A stretch of DNA of 64,000 nt from Candidatus Marinacidobacterium sp. GTDB taxonomy: Bacteria; Acidobacteriota; Vicinamibacteria; Marinacidobacterales; Marinacidobacteraceae. Every line of letters starts with the position of its first letter. The first letter of the stretch is position 1. Location: contig OZ242011.1 of assembly GCA_965204755.1 (NCBI GenBank), forward strand, positions 1,760,001 to 1,824,000, written 5' to 3'. The position numbers and the translations under genes are program-made. Positions 27,542 through 37,530 of this stretch are shown piece after piece. The notes below the pieces were generated by a model. The model searched no databases and was not told the DNA's origin. It saw only the letters and a list, made by a program, of their open reading frames with translations.

Positions 27542-28900
27542 ATGCTTCGCCCGCCCGTGGCCCCCGAGCGTTTCCCGATACGCCCCGCGGGCGGCGGACT
27601 TCTCGTCCTGCTGCCCGGCCTCGGGGCGGTGAGCACCACCTTCATCGCCGGGGTGCACGCCGTCCGCCGCGGACTGGCCGAGCCCATCGGTTCGGTGACC
27701 CAGATGGGCACCATCCGGCTCGGCCGGCGGACCGACAACCGGACGCCGCTCATCCGCGACTTCGCGCCGCTCGCCGCGATGGAGGACCTCTCCTTCGCGG
27801 CTTGGGATGTGTTTGAGGACGACGCCTACACCGCCGCCCGGAAGGCCGGCGTGCTCGAGCCGCAACTCCTCGAATCACTTCGCGACGACTTGGCCGCGGT
27901 CCGACCGATGCCCGCCGTCTTCGACCGGGACTTCGTCAAGAAACTCGACGGCCCGTTCACCAAGAGCGCCGCCACCAAGATGGACCTGGCGGAGATGCTC
28001 ATCGAAGACATCGAGAAGTCGCGCGAAGACGCCGGCGCGGAACGCGCGGTGATGATCTGGTGCGGCTCCACGGAAACCTTCCTGGAGGAAGGACCGGCGC
28101 ACCGGGATCTGGAATCCTTCGAGCGCGGCCTGCGGGAGAACTCCCCCGAGATCGCCCCGAGCATGATCTACGCGTATGCGGCGCTTCGTTGCGGCATTCC
28201 CTACGCGAACGGCGCCCCGAACCTGAGCGCGGACATCCCGGCGCTCGCCGAACTCGCTTCCGGGCGCGGTTCGCCGATCGCCGGGAAGGACTTCAAGACC
28301 GGGCAGACGCTCATGAAGACCATCCTCGCTCCCGGCCTGAAAGCGAGGATGCTCGGCCTCTCCGGTTGGTTCTCGACCAACATCCTCGGAAACCGCGACG
28401 GGGAAGTGCTCGACGATCCCGGCTCCTTCCGCACCAAGGAAGAGAGCAAGTTGAGCGTCCTGGAACACATCCTCCAACCGGAGATGTACCCGGACCTCTA
28501 CGGCAACCTCTACCACAAGGTCCGCATCAACTACTATCCGCCGCGGCGCGACAACAAGGAGGGCTGGGACAACATCGACATCTTCGGATGGCTCGGCTAC
28601 GAGATGCAGATCAAAGTGGACTTCCTCTGCCGCGACTCCATACTCGCCGCCCCGCTGGTGCTGGACCTGGCCCTCTTCTTGGATCTTTCTTCGCGCGCCG
28701 GCCTCAAGGGCATCCAGGAATGGTTGTCCTTCTTCTTCAAGAGTCCGATGAGTCCGCCGGGGGTGTACCCGGAACACGACCTGTTCATCCAACGCAAGAA
28801 GTTGACGAACACGCTTCGTTTCCTCATGGGGGAAGAAGTCATCAGCCATCTCGGCGAGTACACCCTGGAAACCGCCGGAGAGAACGAGGAATCGGCGTAG
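27542..28900 (+). CDS. ino1: myo-inositol-1-phosphate synthase
   Basis: GLGAVSTT, YANGAP, GKDFKTGQTLMK, NILGNRDG, CRDSILAAP. Confidence 0.93.
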   Translation: MLRPPVAPERFPIRPAGGGLLVLLPGLGAVSTTFIAGVHAVRRGLAEPIGSVTQMGTIRLGRRTDNRTPLIRDFAPLAAMEDLSFAAWDVFEDDAYTAARKAGVLEPQLLESLRDDLAAVRPMPAVFDRDFVKKLDGPFTKSAATKMDLAEMLIEDIEKSREDAGAERAVMIWCGSTETFLEEGPAHRDLESFERGLRENSPEIAPSMIYAYAALRCGIPYANGAPNLSADIPALAELASGRGSPIAGKDFKTGQTLMKTILAPGLKARMLGLSGWFSTNILGNRDGEVLDDPGSFRTKEESKLSVLEHILQPEMYPDLYGNLYHKVRINYYPPRRDNKEGWDNIDIFGWLGYEMQIKVDFLCRDSILAAPLVLDLALFLDLSSRAGLKGIQEWLSFFFKSPMSPPGVYPEHDLFIQRKKLTNTLRFLMGEEVISHLGEYTLETAGENEESA

Positions 28901-28901
28901 C

Positions 28902-29711
28902 GTGCGTATCTCTTCGTCCCGTTGCGTCGGCTGCGGGAACTGCGTGGCCGTTTGCCCGGTCTCCGCCATTCGCATCGAGGACGACGGGCGCGCCTCGGTG
29001 GACTCGGACGCCTGCGTCGAGTGCTACACCTGCTACCGCGGGTTGAGCACCGAACGGCTGAACCCGACGCTGATCCGCGCCATCCGGCGCGTGCTCGGCT
29101 GGTTCCGGCTCCGGTTCGATCCGGAACCGGACATCTGCCCCACCTCGGCGATCGAGCCGGACGAGTTGGCCTGGCCCCGGATCGTCCGCCGCGCCTTCAG
29201 CGACCCGCTGGTTTCGCACGAGGCGACGGGAGTCCACGGACGGGGAACCGAGGAAGTCAAGACGAACGATGTGACCGGACGCGTCGCGGTGGGCGAGTGC
29301 GGGATGACCGTCGAGTTCGGACGGCCCGGAGTGAGCGCCAGTTTCCGGGACATCGACCGGGTCACGCGGCGGCTCGCCTCCATCGGCGTCGCGTTCGAGA
29401 AGAAGAATCCGGTGACGAACCTGATGAGCGACACCTCCACCGGCGCGATCCGCGAGGACCTGCTCGGGGAGCGGGTGCTCTCCGCGATCGTGGAGATCAA
29501 GATCGGCATGGAGCGCGTGCCGGAGATCCTGCGGGTCGTGGAAGAGGAAGCGGCGGAGTCGGAGACGATCCTGTCCCTCGGCGCGGCGACGCGCTGCGGA
29601 GAAGACGGATCGGACGATCTCGGCGAGTTGCTTGCGGAGCACGGGTACGACGCCTTCCGCGGGAAGACGAATCTCGGTCTCGGCCGCCCGGCCGCGGACG
29701 GCGGCGGCTGA
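28902..29711 (+). CDS. 2x[4Fe-4S] ferredoxin-domain protein with uncharacterised C-terminal domain
   Basis: CVGCGNCVAVCP; CVECYTC...CP; GRGTEEVKTNDVTGR. Confidence 0.85.
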   Translation: MRISSSRCVGCGNCVAVCPVSAIRIEDDGRASVDSDACVECYTCYRGLSTERLNPTLIRAIRRVLGWFRLRFDPEPDICPTSAIEPDELAWPRIVRRAFSDPLVSHEATGVHGRGTEEVKTNDVTGRVAVGECGMTVEFGRPGVSASFRDIDRVTRRLASIGVAFEKKNPVTNLMSDTSTGAIREDLLGERVLSAIVEIKIGMERVPEILRVVEEEAAESETILSLGAATRCGEDGSDDLGELLAEHGYDAFRGKTNLGLGRPAADGGG

Positions 29712-29793
29712 ACCGGAACCCGGCGTCCTTCTTGGGTCCGCCGACCCGGGGCGCGCCCGCCCGCCGCGGGAACACCCGACCGGAGCGTTCTGC

Positions 29794-30897
29794 ATGAGGA
29801 AGTCTTCGAGCCGCTCCCGATCCATCGGGAACCGAGCCTTCGTATCGGCGGCGTTCGCCGCCGTCTTCGCCGTCGCCGGCTGCGATTCCGGAGGGGTCGG
29901 CGCGCCGCCCGCCTCCCCCGCGCCGCCGGCGGCCCCGGCGCCCTGCGCCGAGGCCTGCACCACCGGGGGCCGGGTGTTGAACTACGGCTTCTACTCCGAC
30001 TTCGATCCGCTGAGTTACAGCGAGACGCGGGAACCCGGCTCCGAGCAGTTCGACGAGCACCGGGGCTACGAGGCGGACCTCGCGACCGCGCTCGAAGCGA
30101 TGGACGGCGCGGCGCTCTCGTTCTCGCGGCGGGCGATCGCGGTCTGGCCGGACATCTGGCTCCTGCCCGCGACGCCGGACTACGACCTGGTCGGCGGCGG
30201 CATCACGATCCTCGACAGCCGCACCCGAAACGCGGCCGGCGAAGAAGTCGTCCGGTTCACCTCCGGACATGTCACCTTCCGGCAGTCGCTGCTGGTGCGG
30301 GCCGCCGACGCCGAGCGCCTCGCGTCCTACGCCGACCTCGACCGGGAAGACACGGTGGGCGTGCTCTCCGGCACGACCGGCGAAGCCCGGCTGCTGCAGT
30401 TGGTGGGACTCGCGGACGAGAACGGCTCACTCGTCGCCGGCGCCCGGATCACGACCGCTGCCGGCGGCGAACTGGTCAGCGACGGCACGGAGGCCTACGC
30501 GATCACTTCCGCAGGTTCTTCGGAGAACCTGCGCGACCGCCGGCGCCTCCATCCGCCGTCGGAAGACCGCCCGCAGGTGCTCTTCCATCCGGGGGACGCG
30601 AGCGTGGAAGCGATGCTCGCCGCGCTGCGCGACGGAACGACGGACGCCTTCGCCCGGGGGGAGATCGGCAACCGGGACGCCGCCGCGCTCTCCGAAGGCG
30701 CCTTCGTGGTCACCGCGCTCGACGAGGCCGCCGAGTTCGGGGGATTCGTCTTCGCCGCGGAAGACACCGCCCTCCACGCCTGCGTGGACGCGAAGGTGAA
30801 CTACCTCACGAACGACCGCAACCTGGGATACGCCGACTGGCGCGCGAACCCGCAGGTCTTCCTCGAGCGCGCTCGAGTCTGGGTCTGCGGCGGATAG
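29794..30897 (+). CDS. Periplasmic substrate-binding lipoprotein (amino-acid ABC type)
   Basis: VAGC lipobox; F.PLSY, GYEADLA, GGITI..SR, VGVLSGTTGE. Confidence 0.8.
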   Translation: MRKSSSRSRSIGNRAFVSAAFAAVFAVAGCDSGGVGAPPASPAPPAAPAPCAEACTTGGRVLNYGFYSDFDPLSYSETREPGSEQFDEHRGYEADLATALEAMDGAALSFSRRAIAVWPDIWLLPATPDYDLVGGGITILDSRTRNAAGEEVVRFTSGHVTFRQSLLVRAADAERLASYADLDREDTVGVLSGTTGEARLLQLVGLADENGSLVAGARITTAAGGELVSDGTEAYAITSAGSSENLRDRRRLHPPSEDRPQVLFHPGDASVEAMLAALRDGTTDAFARGEIGNRDAAALSEGAFVVTALDEAAEFGGFVFAAEDTALHACVDAKVNYLTNDRNLGYADWRANPQVFLERARVWVCGG

Positions 30898-30928
30898 ACC
30901 CGCGCGGGGCCGAAACCTCCCGGCCCGC

Positions 30929-31588
30929 TCACTCGCCGCGGAGGATGCGGCAGGCGCGGGTGGTGTTGAAGATGCCGCAGGAACAGAATCGCGCCATCGC
31001 CTCGGCGCAGTCCTCCGGGCGCCGCCGGCCGGTGCGCACCCAGTCGAGCATCTTGCGGCTGAAGCCGAACGAGAGCATCCCGTGGCCGCACATGGTGGAG
31101 AGGGTGAGCGTGGCGCGGTCGGGAAGCCGGTCGCGGACGCCGAAGAAGCCGAGCGAGTACTCCACGCTGTGCCGGACGATGCCGGCTTCGCGGGCGAGTT
31201 CCGCGGCGCGCCCGGTGAGGCCGCTGATGTTGATCGAGAGGCCGAGGTCCACCTCGCGCAGGTCCCGGAGGAAGGCCACCAGCGGCTCCTCGGCGTCGAA
31301 GACCGCGGAGACCACCGTCGGCTCCTTCACGCCGTCGCGGACCGCCCGGCCGGCGAGGCGTCTCCGCCGCCTCCAGTGCGCCAGCGGGTTCAGCCGGGAG
31401 GGGCGGAACACGCCGCCGCGCGTGGCGTCACCGAGGTTGATCGGCCGATGCCGCAACGCGATCTCGGTGAAGCGCCGCAACTTCTCCGGCGCGCCCCGGT
31501 CGTTGATGCCGCGCGCGGCCATGGCGAACACGATGTAGTCGTCGCGCAGCGTCTCCGGCGCTCCATACCGGTGGAGCGTGTTCGTCAT
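30929..31588 (-). CDS. Conserved-looking hypothetical protein with Cys/His motifs
   Basis: MTNTLHRYG...DDYIVF, TMCGHG, CSCGIFN. Confidence 0.75.
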   Translation of the reverse strand: MTNTLHRYGAPETLRDDYIVFAMAARGINDRGAPEKLRRFTEIALRHRPINLGDATRGGVFRPSRLNPLAHWRRRRRLAGRAVRDGVKEPTVVSAVFDAEEPLVAFLRDLREVDLGLSINISGLTGRAAELAREAGIVRHSVEYSLGFFGVRDRLPDRATLTLSTMCGHGMLSFGFSRKMLDWVRTGRRRPEDCAEAMARFCSCGIFNTTRACRILRGE

Positions 31589-31688
31589 CGGTTCGGGATT
31601 ATTACGGCGGAAGGGGGGAATTCCGCCGACGGCGCGGCAGCCCGGCGGCCGGCTTCTACAATCGGCGCGGTGAGGCGGTTTCCCTGAG

Positions 31689-33131
31689 GTGAGCGCGGCC
31701 GCCGAGGCGGGGCGGGGCGGGGAGTTCTGGCGCCCGGCCACCGGGATCCCCTCCCCCGGAGGGTCTTGCTCCGCCGAGCCCGGCGCTTCCGACCGGCTGA
31801 CCGGCGGCTGGTCGGCGCACCGCCCGCCTCCCGGCGGCCGCCGCCACCGACTCTTCCTGGGTTCCGAAGACGGCGGCGACGCCGCTGCAGCGTTCCTCGA
31901 AGAACGAAGCGAGGGGGCGTACACCCTGGCGGGCGCTCCGGAAGACCTCGCGCTCGACCTCCCCGGCTCGGGCGCCCCCCCGGAGAGCGCTGCCCGCCTG
32001 CTGTTCCCGGAATTCCACCGGGCGTTCCCGCGGCGCGAGCCGGCCGCTCCCGGCCGACCGGGGCCGCCGCCTCCCACGATCGCGAACCCCGCGTACCTGC
32101 TGGCCGCGCTGACTCGCTTGGCGGGCGGGCGAGCCGACCTCCTCTTCGCCGCCCGGGAGGACGAAGTCGTGGCCCGCGCCCCGGACCTGCTCGCCGGCCG
32201 GGGAGGCGCCTCCTCACTCGAAGTCGTCCGCGGGAACGCACCCCCCGCCGCCCCGGCGCCCGCTCCGGGCGCCGACGACGCGACGGCGGCGGACGGCCCC
32301 CGAACTCCCGCCGAGTCGCGCCGGCTCGCGCTCCACGCCCCGAACCCCGCCGATCGCGCGCGGGCCGCGGACGCCGCGGTGGAAGCCGACCCCGACGACC
32401 CCGTCGCGCGACTGCTCCTCGGCTGTTCGCTCTCGGAACGAAAGGACCCGGCGGGAGCGGCGCGGGCCTTCCGGCTCGCCGCCGAGCGGGCCCCCGACCT
32501 CGCCGCCGCCCACTTCGAACTCGGCAAGACCCTGATCCGACTCGACGACCTCGAAGGGGCGCTGGCGGCGTTTCGGCGGACGACCGAGACCCTGCCGGAA
32601 TTCGCCTCCGGCTGGGCGAACGCCGGGGCGGCCCTCGGCGAGTTGGAGCGCCCGGCGGAAGCGCTCGCCGACCTGGAGCGCGCCGCCGAACTCGACCCGC
32701 TCCACCACGCCCCGAGTTCCAACCTGGGCGTGACCCTGCGCGACCTCGGCCGCCTGGAAGAGGCGGAGGCGGCGTTCCGCCGGGCGCTGGAACTCGCTCC
32801 GGACTTCGTCTTCGGCCGGTACAACCTGGCCGGCGTGGTCTATCTGCGCGGCCGGCACCGGGAGGCGGTGACCCTGTTCGAGGAGGCCCGCGCGAACGAC
32901 CCGTCCGGCTCCGCCCGGCAGCGGCTGCTGCTGGCCGCCGCCCGGCTGGCCGCCGGCGACGAGGCCGGCGCCCTCGCCGAGTACGAGGGGACCTTCGCGT
33001 CGCTCGACGGCCGGATGCGGGAAGACATGCGGACGGTGGCCGAGTGGGACCTGAAGAACCTCGCCCGCCGCGTCGGCGTGAGCCCCGGACTCCGCCGCGC
33101 CGCCGACCTCCTGAAACGCGTCCGCGCCTGA
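31689..33131 (+). CDS. TPR-repeat protein
   Basis: AHFELGKTL, GWANAGAAL, SNLGVTLRDLG, RYNLA repeats. Confidence 0.88.
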   Translation: MSAAAEAGRGGEFWRPATGIPSPGGSCSAEPGASDRLTGGWSAHRPPPGGRRHRLFLGSEDGGDAAAAFLEERSEGAYTLAGAPEDLALDLPGSGAPPESAARLLFPEFHRAFPRREPAAPGRPGPPPPTIANPAYLLAALTRLAGGRADLLFAAREDEVVARAPDLLAGRGGASSLEVVRGNAPPAAPAPAPGADDATAADGPRTPAESRRLALHAPNPADRARAADAAVEADPDDPVARLLLGCSLSERKDPAGAARAFRLAAERAPDLAAAHFELGKTLIRLDDLEGALAAFRRTTETLPEFASGWANAGAALGELERPAEALADLERAAELDPLHHAPSSNLGVTLRDLGRLEEAEAAFRRALELAPDFVFGRYNLAGVVYLRGRHREAVTLFEEARANDPSGSARQRLLLAAARLAAGDEAGALAEYEGTFASLDGRMREDMRTVAEWDLKNLARRVGVSPGLRRAADLLKRVRA

Positions 33132-33213
33132 GCGTCCGACCGCGCGCCGGGCCCGGACCGGGCGAGGATTCGCCAAGGAAATCCGGCGGCGGGGACGCCT
33201 CCCCGGACGGCGC

Positions 33214-33242
33214 TTGACTTGGGCCGTCCGTGCGTCTATAAG
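33214..33242 (+). promoter_or_regulatory. sigma70-type promoter
   Basis: TTGACT-N17-TATAAG, 74 bp upstream of ATG 33316. Confidence 0.75.
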
Positions 33243-33315
33243 CACCGGTTCCCCGTCGGTTCCGCGACGGCCGAGTTTCTGCCTCCCGCGCGGAGGATCC
33301 GGGAGAACGCGAGAC

Positions 33316-34803
33316 ATGAACCAACCCGAACGATCCGCCCGTCGGCTGCCCGCCGCCGCGCTGCTGCCCGCCGCCGCCGCGCTGCTCCTCGCCGCCGGCG
33401 CCGCCCCGGCGCAGGAATCCGCCGCGCGGCAGCAGAACGAGACCGTGGACGAGAGCCGGAAGCACCCGCTGCTCCCGGACCACGAAATCCTGAACGAGTT
33501 CGGGGTCATCAGTTCGAGCGGCCACGACGACGGCGGCTGGAACCTGCCCCCGGAACTCCGGGTTCCCGAGCAGTACCAGTACCGGCGCCGCGACCTCCAG
33601 TTGAAGGAGGTGGACCTCACCGGGAACCAACTCCCGCCGGTGCTCACCGAGATGCGCGTCCTCTCCAAGGAAGTCGCGCCGGGCGGCGAAGTCCGGGCCA
33701 TGGCCCGGGTAGTGTCCCCCTACAACAAGGCGCAGTCCTTCGTCTCGCTCTTCTACAACCGCGAGTTGGGCCGGGCGGCGACGATGTACATCAACTTCAA
33801 GCCCAACGAGAAGGACGACACCCTGTTCCTCGGCCGGGGCAAACTCTCGAAGTACGCGGCCCCCGGGCGCTATGTGGTCGGCACCACGATCATCGCGGAC
33901 AAGGTGGGGGACCGGAAGGCCTACTGGGCGGACTTCCACACGGCGATGCAGGAAGACGACGGCCAGCCCATCGGGTTCCAGGTCACCCAGGGTGACAGCG
34001 TGGACATCCAGGCGCCGACCTTGGTCTCGGTGGAAGTCGAGACCGACCGCGTCCGCGCCGGCGGCGGGCTGATCCGCTACAGCGTGCTGTCCGAGGACGA
34101 TGTCTCCGGGCCCACCGAGGCCGAGACGGTCTGGGTGTCCCCCTCGGGCTACCACCAGATCCGCTCCACCATGGTCATGGTGGGCGGCCAGCCGGGCCTC
34201 TTCCGCGGGGCGCTCCAGATCCCGCAGTGGTACGAGGGCGGGGAGTGGTACCTGATGCGGGTTTCGCTCAAGGACAACGCGACGAACATCCGCTACTACT
34301 TCAACCGCACCGAGCCGAAGATGGCGGCGGCCACCGTCCAGGTGGACCAGGAGCGGGAGATGGTGGACCAGACCCCGGCGAAGGTGCTGGCGGTGCAGTT
34401 CACCAAGACGGAAGCCAAGTTGGGCGAAGAAGTGGGGATCACCGTCCTCGCCGAGGACGACCTCTCCGGAGTCCGCGGGCTCGAGGGCTATGTCCGCTCG
34501 CCGAACGGCGCGGACGCGCTGAAGGTCAAGTTGAAGAGCCTCACCCCGGAGATGGGCGGCTATGTGGCGCTGAACCGGCCGTCGAAACTGCCGGAGCCCC
34601 ACATCTGGACCGGCTCGTTCACCGTGACGGACACGATGGAGTGGGGGGAATGGGAACTGGTGCGGCTCGGCATCTCCGACGCCGCCCGCAACTTCTACAC
34701 TTACTACGAGGGCCGGGACCCGGAGATCGAGGGCATCTCCGTCCGGTTCTACGACGAAGACACCGAATCCGCCGAGTCCGGCGGAAAGGAGGATCCTCGA
34801 TGA
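33316..34803 (+). CDS. Secreted protein with three beta-rich (Ig-like) repeats
   Basis: Signal ending APA|QE; three ~120-aa repeats. Confidence 0.8.
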   Translation: MNQPERSARRLPAAALLPAAAALLLAAGAAPAQESAARQQNETVDESRKHPLLPDHEILNEFGVISSSGHDDGGWNLPPELRVPEQYQYRRRDLQLKEVDLTGNQLPPVLTEMRVLSKEVAPGGEVRAMARVVSPYNKAQSFVSLFYNRELGRAATMYINFKPNEKDDTLFLGRGKLSKYAAPGRYVVGTTIIADKVGDRKAYWADFHTAMQEDDGQPIGFQVTQGDSVDIQAPTLVSVEVETDRVRAGGGLIRYSVLSEDDVSGPTEAETVWVSPSGYHQIRSTMVMVGGQPGLFRGALQIPQWYEGGEWYLMRVSLKDNATNIRYYFNRTEPKMAAATVQVDQEREMVDQTPAKVLAVQFTKTEAKLGEEVGITVLAEDDLSGVRGLEGYVRSPNGADALKVKLKSLTPEMGGYVALNRPSKLPEPHIWTGSFTVTDTMEWGEWELVRLGISDAARNFYTYYEGRDPEIEGISVRFYDEDTESAESGGKEDPR

Positions 34804-36128
34804 TGGATCGTCGCGATTTCTTCAAACTGGGCGCGGCCGCCGGCGCCGGCGCGGTGCTCAGCACCCGGAACGCCGCCGGGAGCCCCATCTTCGAGGCGGG
34901 GGCCGGAATCCCGCAGGGCGGGATGGTGCTGCCGGAGAACCCCGGCTTCAAGACGAAGCACCTGGTCACCGTCATCCTCGGGAACGGCGCCCGGAAGAAC
35001 GATGTCATCGACAGTCCGGAGCACTCCCCGTTCCAGACCTCGATGATCGGGGACGCCACGGTCTTCACCGAGGACTACGGCGAGACCGCCAACCTCCACG
35101 GCTACATGTACACCGAGGTCCTGAGCGGTCGCGACGCGCCGGCCCAGCGGCCCCGCTACCCCACCTGGTCCGAGTACATCCGGAAGAAGACCGGGGGCAA
35201 GGCGACCGACTACTGGACGCTCCAGGGGGCGTCGTACTACCGCGCCTGGACCTGGGATGTGAAGCACTTCAGCCAGCATCCCGAGTACGGCGCGAAGCAC
35301 GGCTCCACCAGCCTCACGATGAACCGGATCTTCTATCCGGAGCAGAGCCTCACCGCCGAGCAGATCGTGGACCTGAATGTGGAGAAGGGTCTCGGCCACA
35401 CGCCGAAGGAGCGCAAGCAGGTCGAGGACTTCATCGCCGATGTGCTGGCGCGGAAGACCTACCTCCCGCCGTCCACCAAGGAGCCGGTCATCCAGCGCGA
35501 GATCCCCTACGGGGACGCGCAGGTGCTGACGCTGGTGCCCCAGATCCTCAAGGAGTTCAAGCCCCGGTCCATCACCGCGCAGATCCTCGCCCTCGACGAC
35601 GCGCACGCGGACTTCGGCTTCTGGGACTACAACACGGACTACTGGGAGTACATCAAGCACATCAAGACCACCGACGAACTCATCGGCAACCTCTGGAACG
35701 AGATCCAGTCCGACCCGTACCTGCGGGACACCACGGCGCTGGTCATCCGACCGGAGTGCGGCCGGGACGACGAGGTGAACATCTACGGACAGTTGGGCCA
35801 CAGCCCGGGCAACTACTACGCCCACTATGTGTGGCTCATGGCGCTCGGCCCGGACTTCAAGAAGGGCCACACCGTCACCGAGCGGGTGCAGCGGCGGGAT
35901 GTCGTCCCGACCCTCACCTACCTGATGTCCGGGGAGAACGCCGAGTACGCCACCGGCCATGTGCGCACCCAGATGTTCCGGGACGAGTACGGCCTCCCGC
36001 CGTACATCCTCCCCCCGACCGCCGAGGTCAAGGAGCCCGCGGTGGACTGGGAGAAGATCGTCGAGGAACGCCGGACCGCCGAGAAGGTGAAGGAGTTCGC
36101 CCGCTCCACCGTCGGCTACGGCGACTGA
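34800..36128 (+). CDS. Tat-exported alkaline-phosphatase-superfamily-like protein
   Basis: DRRDFFK Tat motif; LVTVILGNGAR, DDAH, D..IG.LW, TALVIRPECGR, DVVPTL. Confidence 0.7.
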   Translation: MMDRRDFFKLGAAAGAGAVLSTRNAAGSPIFEAGAGIPQGGMVLPENPGFKTKHLVTVILGNGARKNDVIDSPEHSPFQTSMIGDATVFTEDYGETANLHGYMYTEVLSGRDAPAQRPRYPTWSEYIRKKTGGKATDYWTLQGASYYRAWTWDVKHFSQHPEYGAKHGSTSLTMNRIFYPEQSLTAEQIVDLNVEKGLGHTPKERKQVEDFIADVLARKTYLPPSTKEPVIQREIPYGDAQVLTLVPQILKEFKPRSITAQILALDDAHADFGFWDYNTDYWEYIKHIKTTDELIGNLWNEIQSDPYLRDTTALVIRPECGRDDEVNIYGQLGHSPGNYYAHYVWLMALGPDFKKGHTVTERVQRRDVVPTLTYLMSGENAEYATGHVRTQMFRDEYGLPPYILPPTAEVKEPAVDWEKIVEERRTAEKVKEFARSTVGYGD

Positions 36129-36162
36129 CCGAAGACACCAACAACAACACAGGAGTTCCGAA

Positions 36163-36438
36163 ATGGACGAACTGAACCGCCGCGCCTTCCTTCGGGGAGC
36201 CGGCCTCGCCTTCGCCGGCGTCGTCGGCGCCGCTTCCTTCGCCGCCGGGCAGCAGGAGGAAGAAGAGAAGAAGTCCGAAGAGGACTCGGACGAGCAGGAG
36301 GAGTTGGACTACGACGCCCTCTTCGCCGAGGACTCCGGGGACGAGGACACCCGGGCCTGCCCGCAGTGCGGCGCTCTCATGTACCGCCAGGGCCGGACCT
36401 GGACCTGCGAGAACTGCGGCTACTCGTATGTGGAGTAG
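36163..36438 (+). CDS. Small Tat-signal acidic protein with C-terminal zinc ribbon
   Basis: AGGAG RBS; NRRAFLRG; CPQCG-x11-CENCG. Confidence 0.8.
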   Translation: MDELNRRAFLRGAGLAFAGVVGAASFAAGQQEEEEKKSEEDSDEQEELDYDALFAEDSGDEDTRACPQCGALMYRQGRTWTCENCGYSYVE

Positions 36439-36533
36439 GCGGGCCGCCTAGGTACTTCTCGCCGGACGCCGGGTCGGCGCGTTTCGCGCCGGCCCGGTCG
36501 TCTTTTTCCGGCTCGTTCCGAAACGACCGGTTG

Positions 36534-36574
36534 ACCGCCCCTCCGGCCGCCGGGCCGGGCGGGGCGGTTTTCTT
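36534..36574 (+). terminator. Putative rho-independent terminator
   Basis: ACCGCCCC...GGGGCGGT stem then TTTCTT; a second hairpin (CCGGTCGT/ACGACCGG, 36494-36530) precedes it. Confidence 0.55.
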
Positions 36575-36592
36575 GTACGCCGCGCGCCCCGG

Positions 36593-37390
36593 TCAGGCCG
36601 GCGGCGGGATCAGGTGGTGGCCGAGGGTGAGGAAGAGGATGACGGCGACCGCGTGGATCGTGTGTTCCGCGCTGCCTCGGCGGTAGATCCAGTAGGCGAG
36701 GGCGCGGGTCGGCGAACGGCCGGCCATCACCGCGCGGGCGTAGTAGATGCGCTGGACGGCGATGAGGTTCGCGAAGACCGCCAGCACGATGAGCGCGAGG
36801 TGGGCGTTCCCGCCCAGCAGCCCGATGATGACCGACACCGTGCGCTCCGGACGCTCCATGAACCCGACCGCGCACTTCGGGATCAGGATCTCCGCCCGGG
36901 CCCGGGCGTAGGAGGTCGCCACCGTCCCCACCGCGGCCAGGCACCAGAGAACCAGGTAGAGGTCCCGGGGCGCGCCTTCGAGGCGCCAGAGGAGCCAGAC
37001 CAGCAGCCCGAAGAGCAGCACCATGTCCGCGTAGCGGTCCACCACCGAGTCGAGGTAGGCGCCGAAGCGGGTCTCGCCGCCGGAAATGCGGGCCACCGCC
37101 CCGTCCAGCGAGTCGAACATGCCGCCGAGCAGCACCACCCAGCCGGCGACCCACTGTTCGCCCCGGACGAGCGGCCAGAACACCAGCATCAGCGCCAGCG
37201 GCCCGGTGAGCGTCACCGCGTTCGGCGGGATGCGCGCCCGGATGATGCCCCGGGCGAGCCCGTCGCGGATCCACGCCAGCGAGTTCGCCGCGATCACGCC
37301 CAGCCGGAAGAAGAACCGGATCAGCGGGCCGCGCCCGGCGGCGGCGGCGTTGGCGTCCCCCGGCGGTTCGGGCGGCGGCGCGGAGTCCAC
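36593..37390 (-). CDS. CDP-alcohol phosphatidyltransferase (PI/PIP-synthase-like)
   Basis: PNAVT, DSLDGAVAR...FGAYLDSVVD, SYARARAE, ERPER. Confidence 0.9.
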   Translation of the reverse strand: MDSAPPPEPPGDANAAAAGRGPLIRFFFRLGVIAANSLAWIRDGLARGIIRARIPPNAVTLTGPLALMLVFWPLVRGEQWVAGWVVLLGGMFDSLDGAVARISGGETRFGAYLDSVVDRYADMVLLFGLLVWLLWRLEGAPRDLYLVLWCLAAVGTVATSYARARAEILIPKCAVGFMERPERTVSVIIGLLGGNAHLALIVLAVFANLIAVQRIYYARAVMAGRSPTRALAYWIYRRGSAEHTIHAVAVILFLTLGHHLIPPPA

Positions 37391-37530
37391 GAAAACGGGT
37401 TGCTCTCCGGGGCGGGCCCGATCTCGGAGACGAAGCGGGGGCGGGCTCGATTTCCCCCGGGGGCCGGACCGTCGAGGAGGAATAGCATAAGCGCGAGAAT
37501 GCCTTTCGCCGCCGCCGTCCGCCGCTCCGG

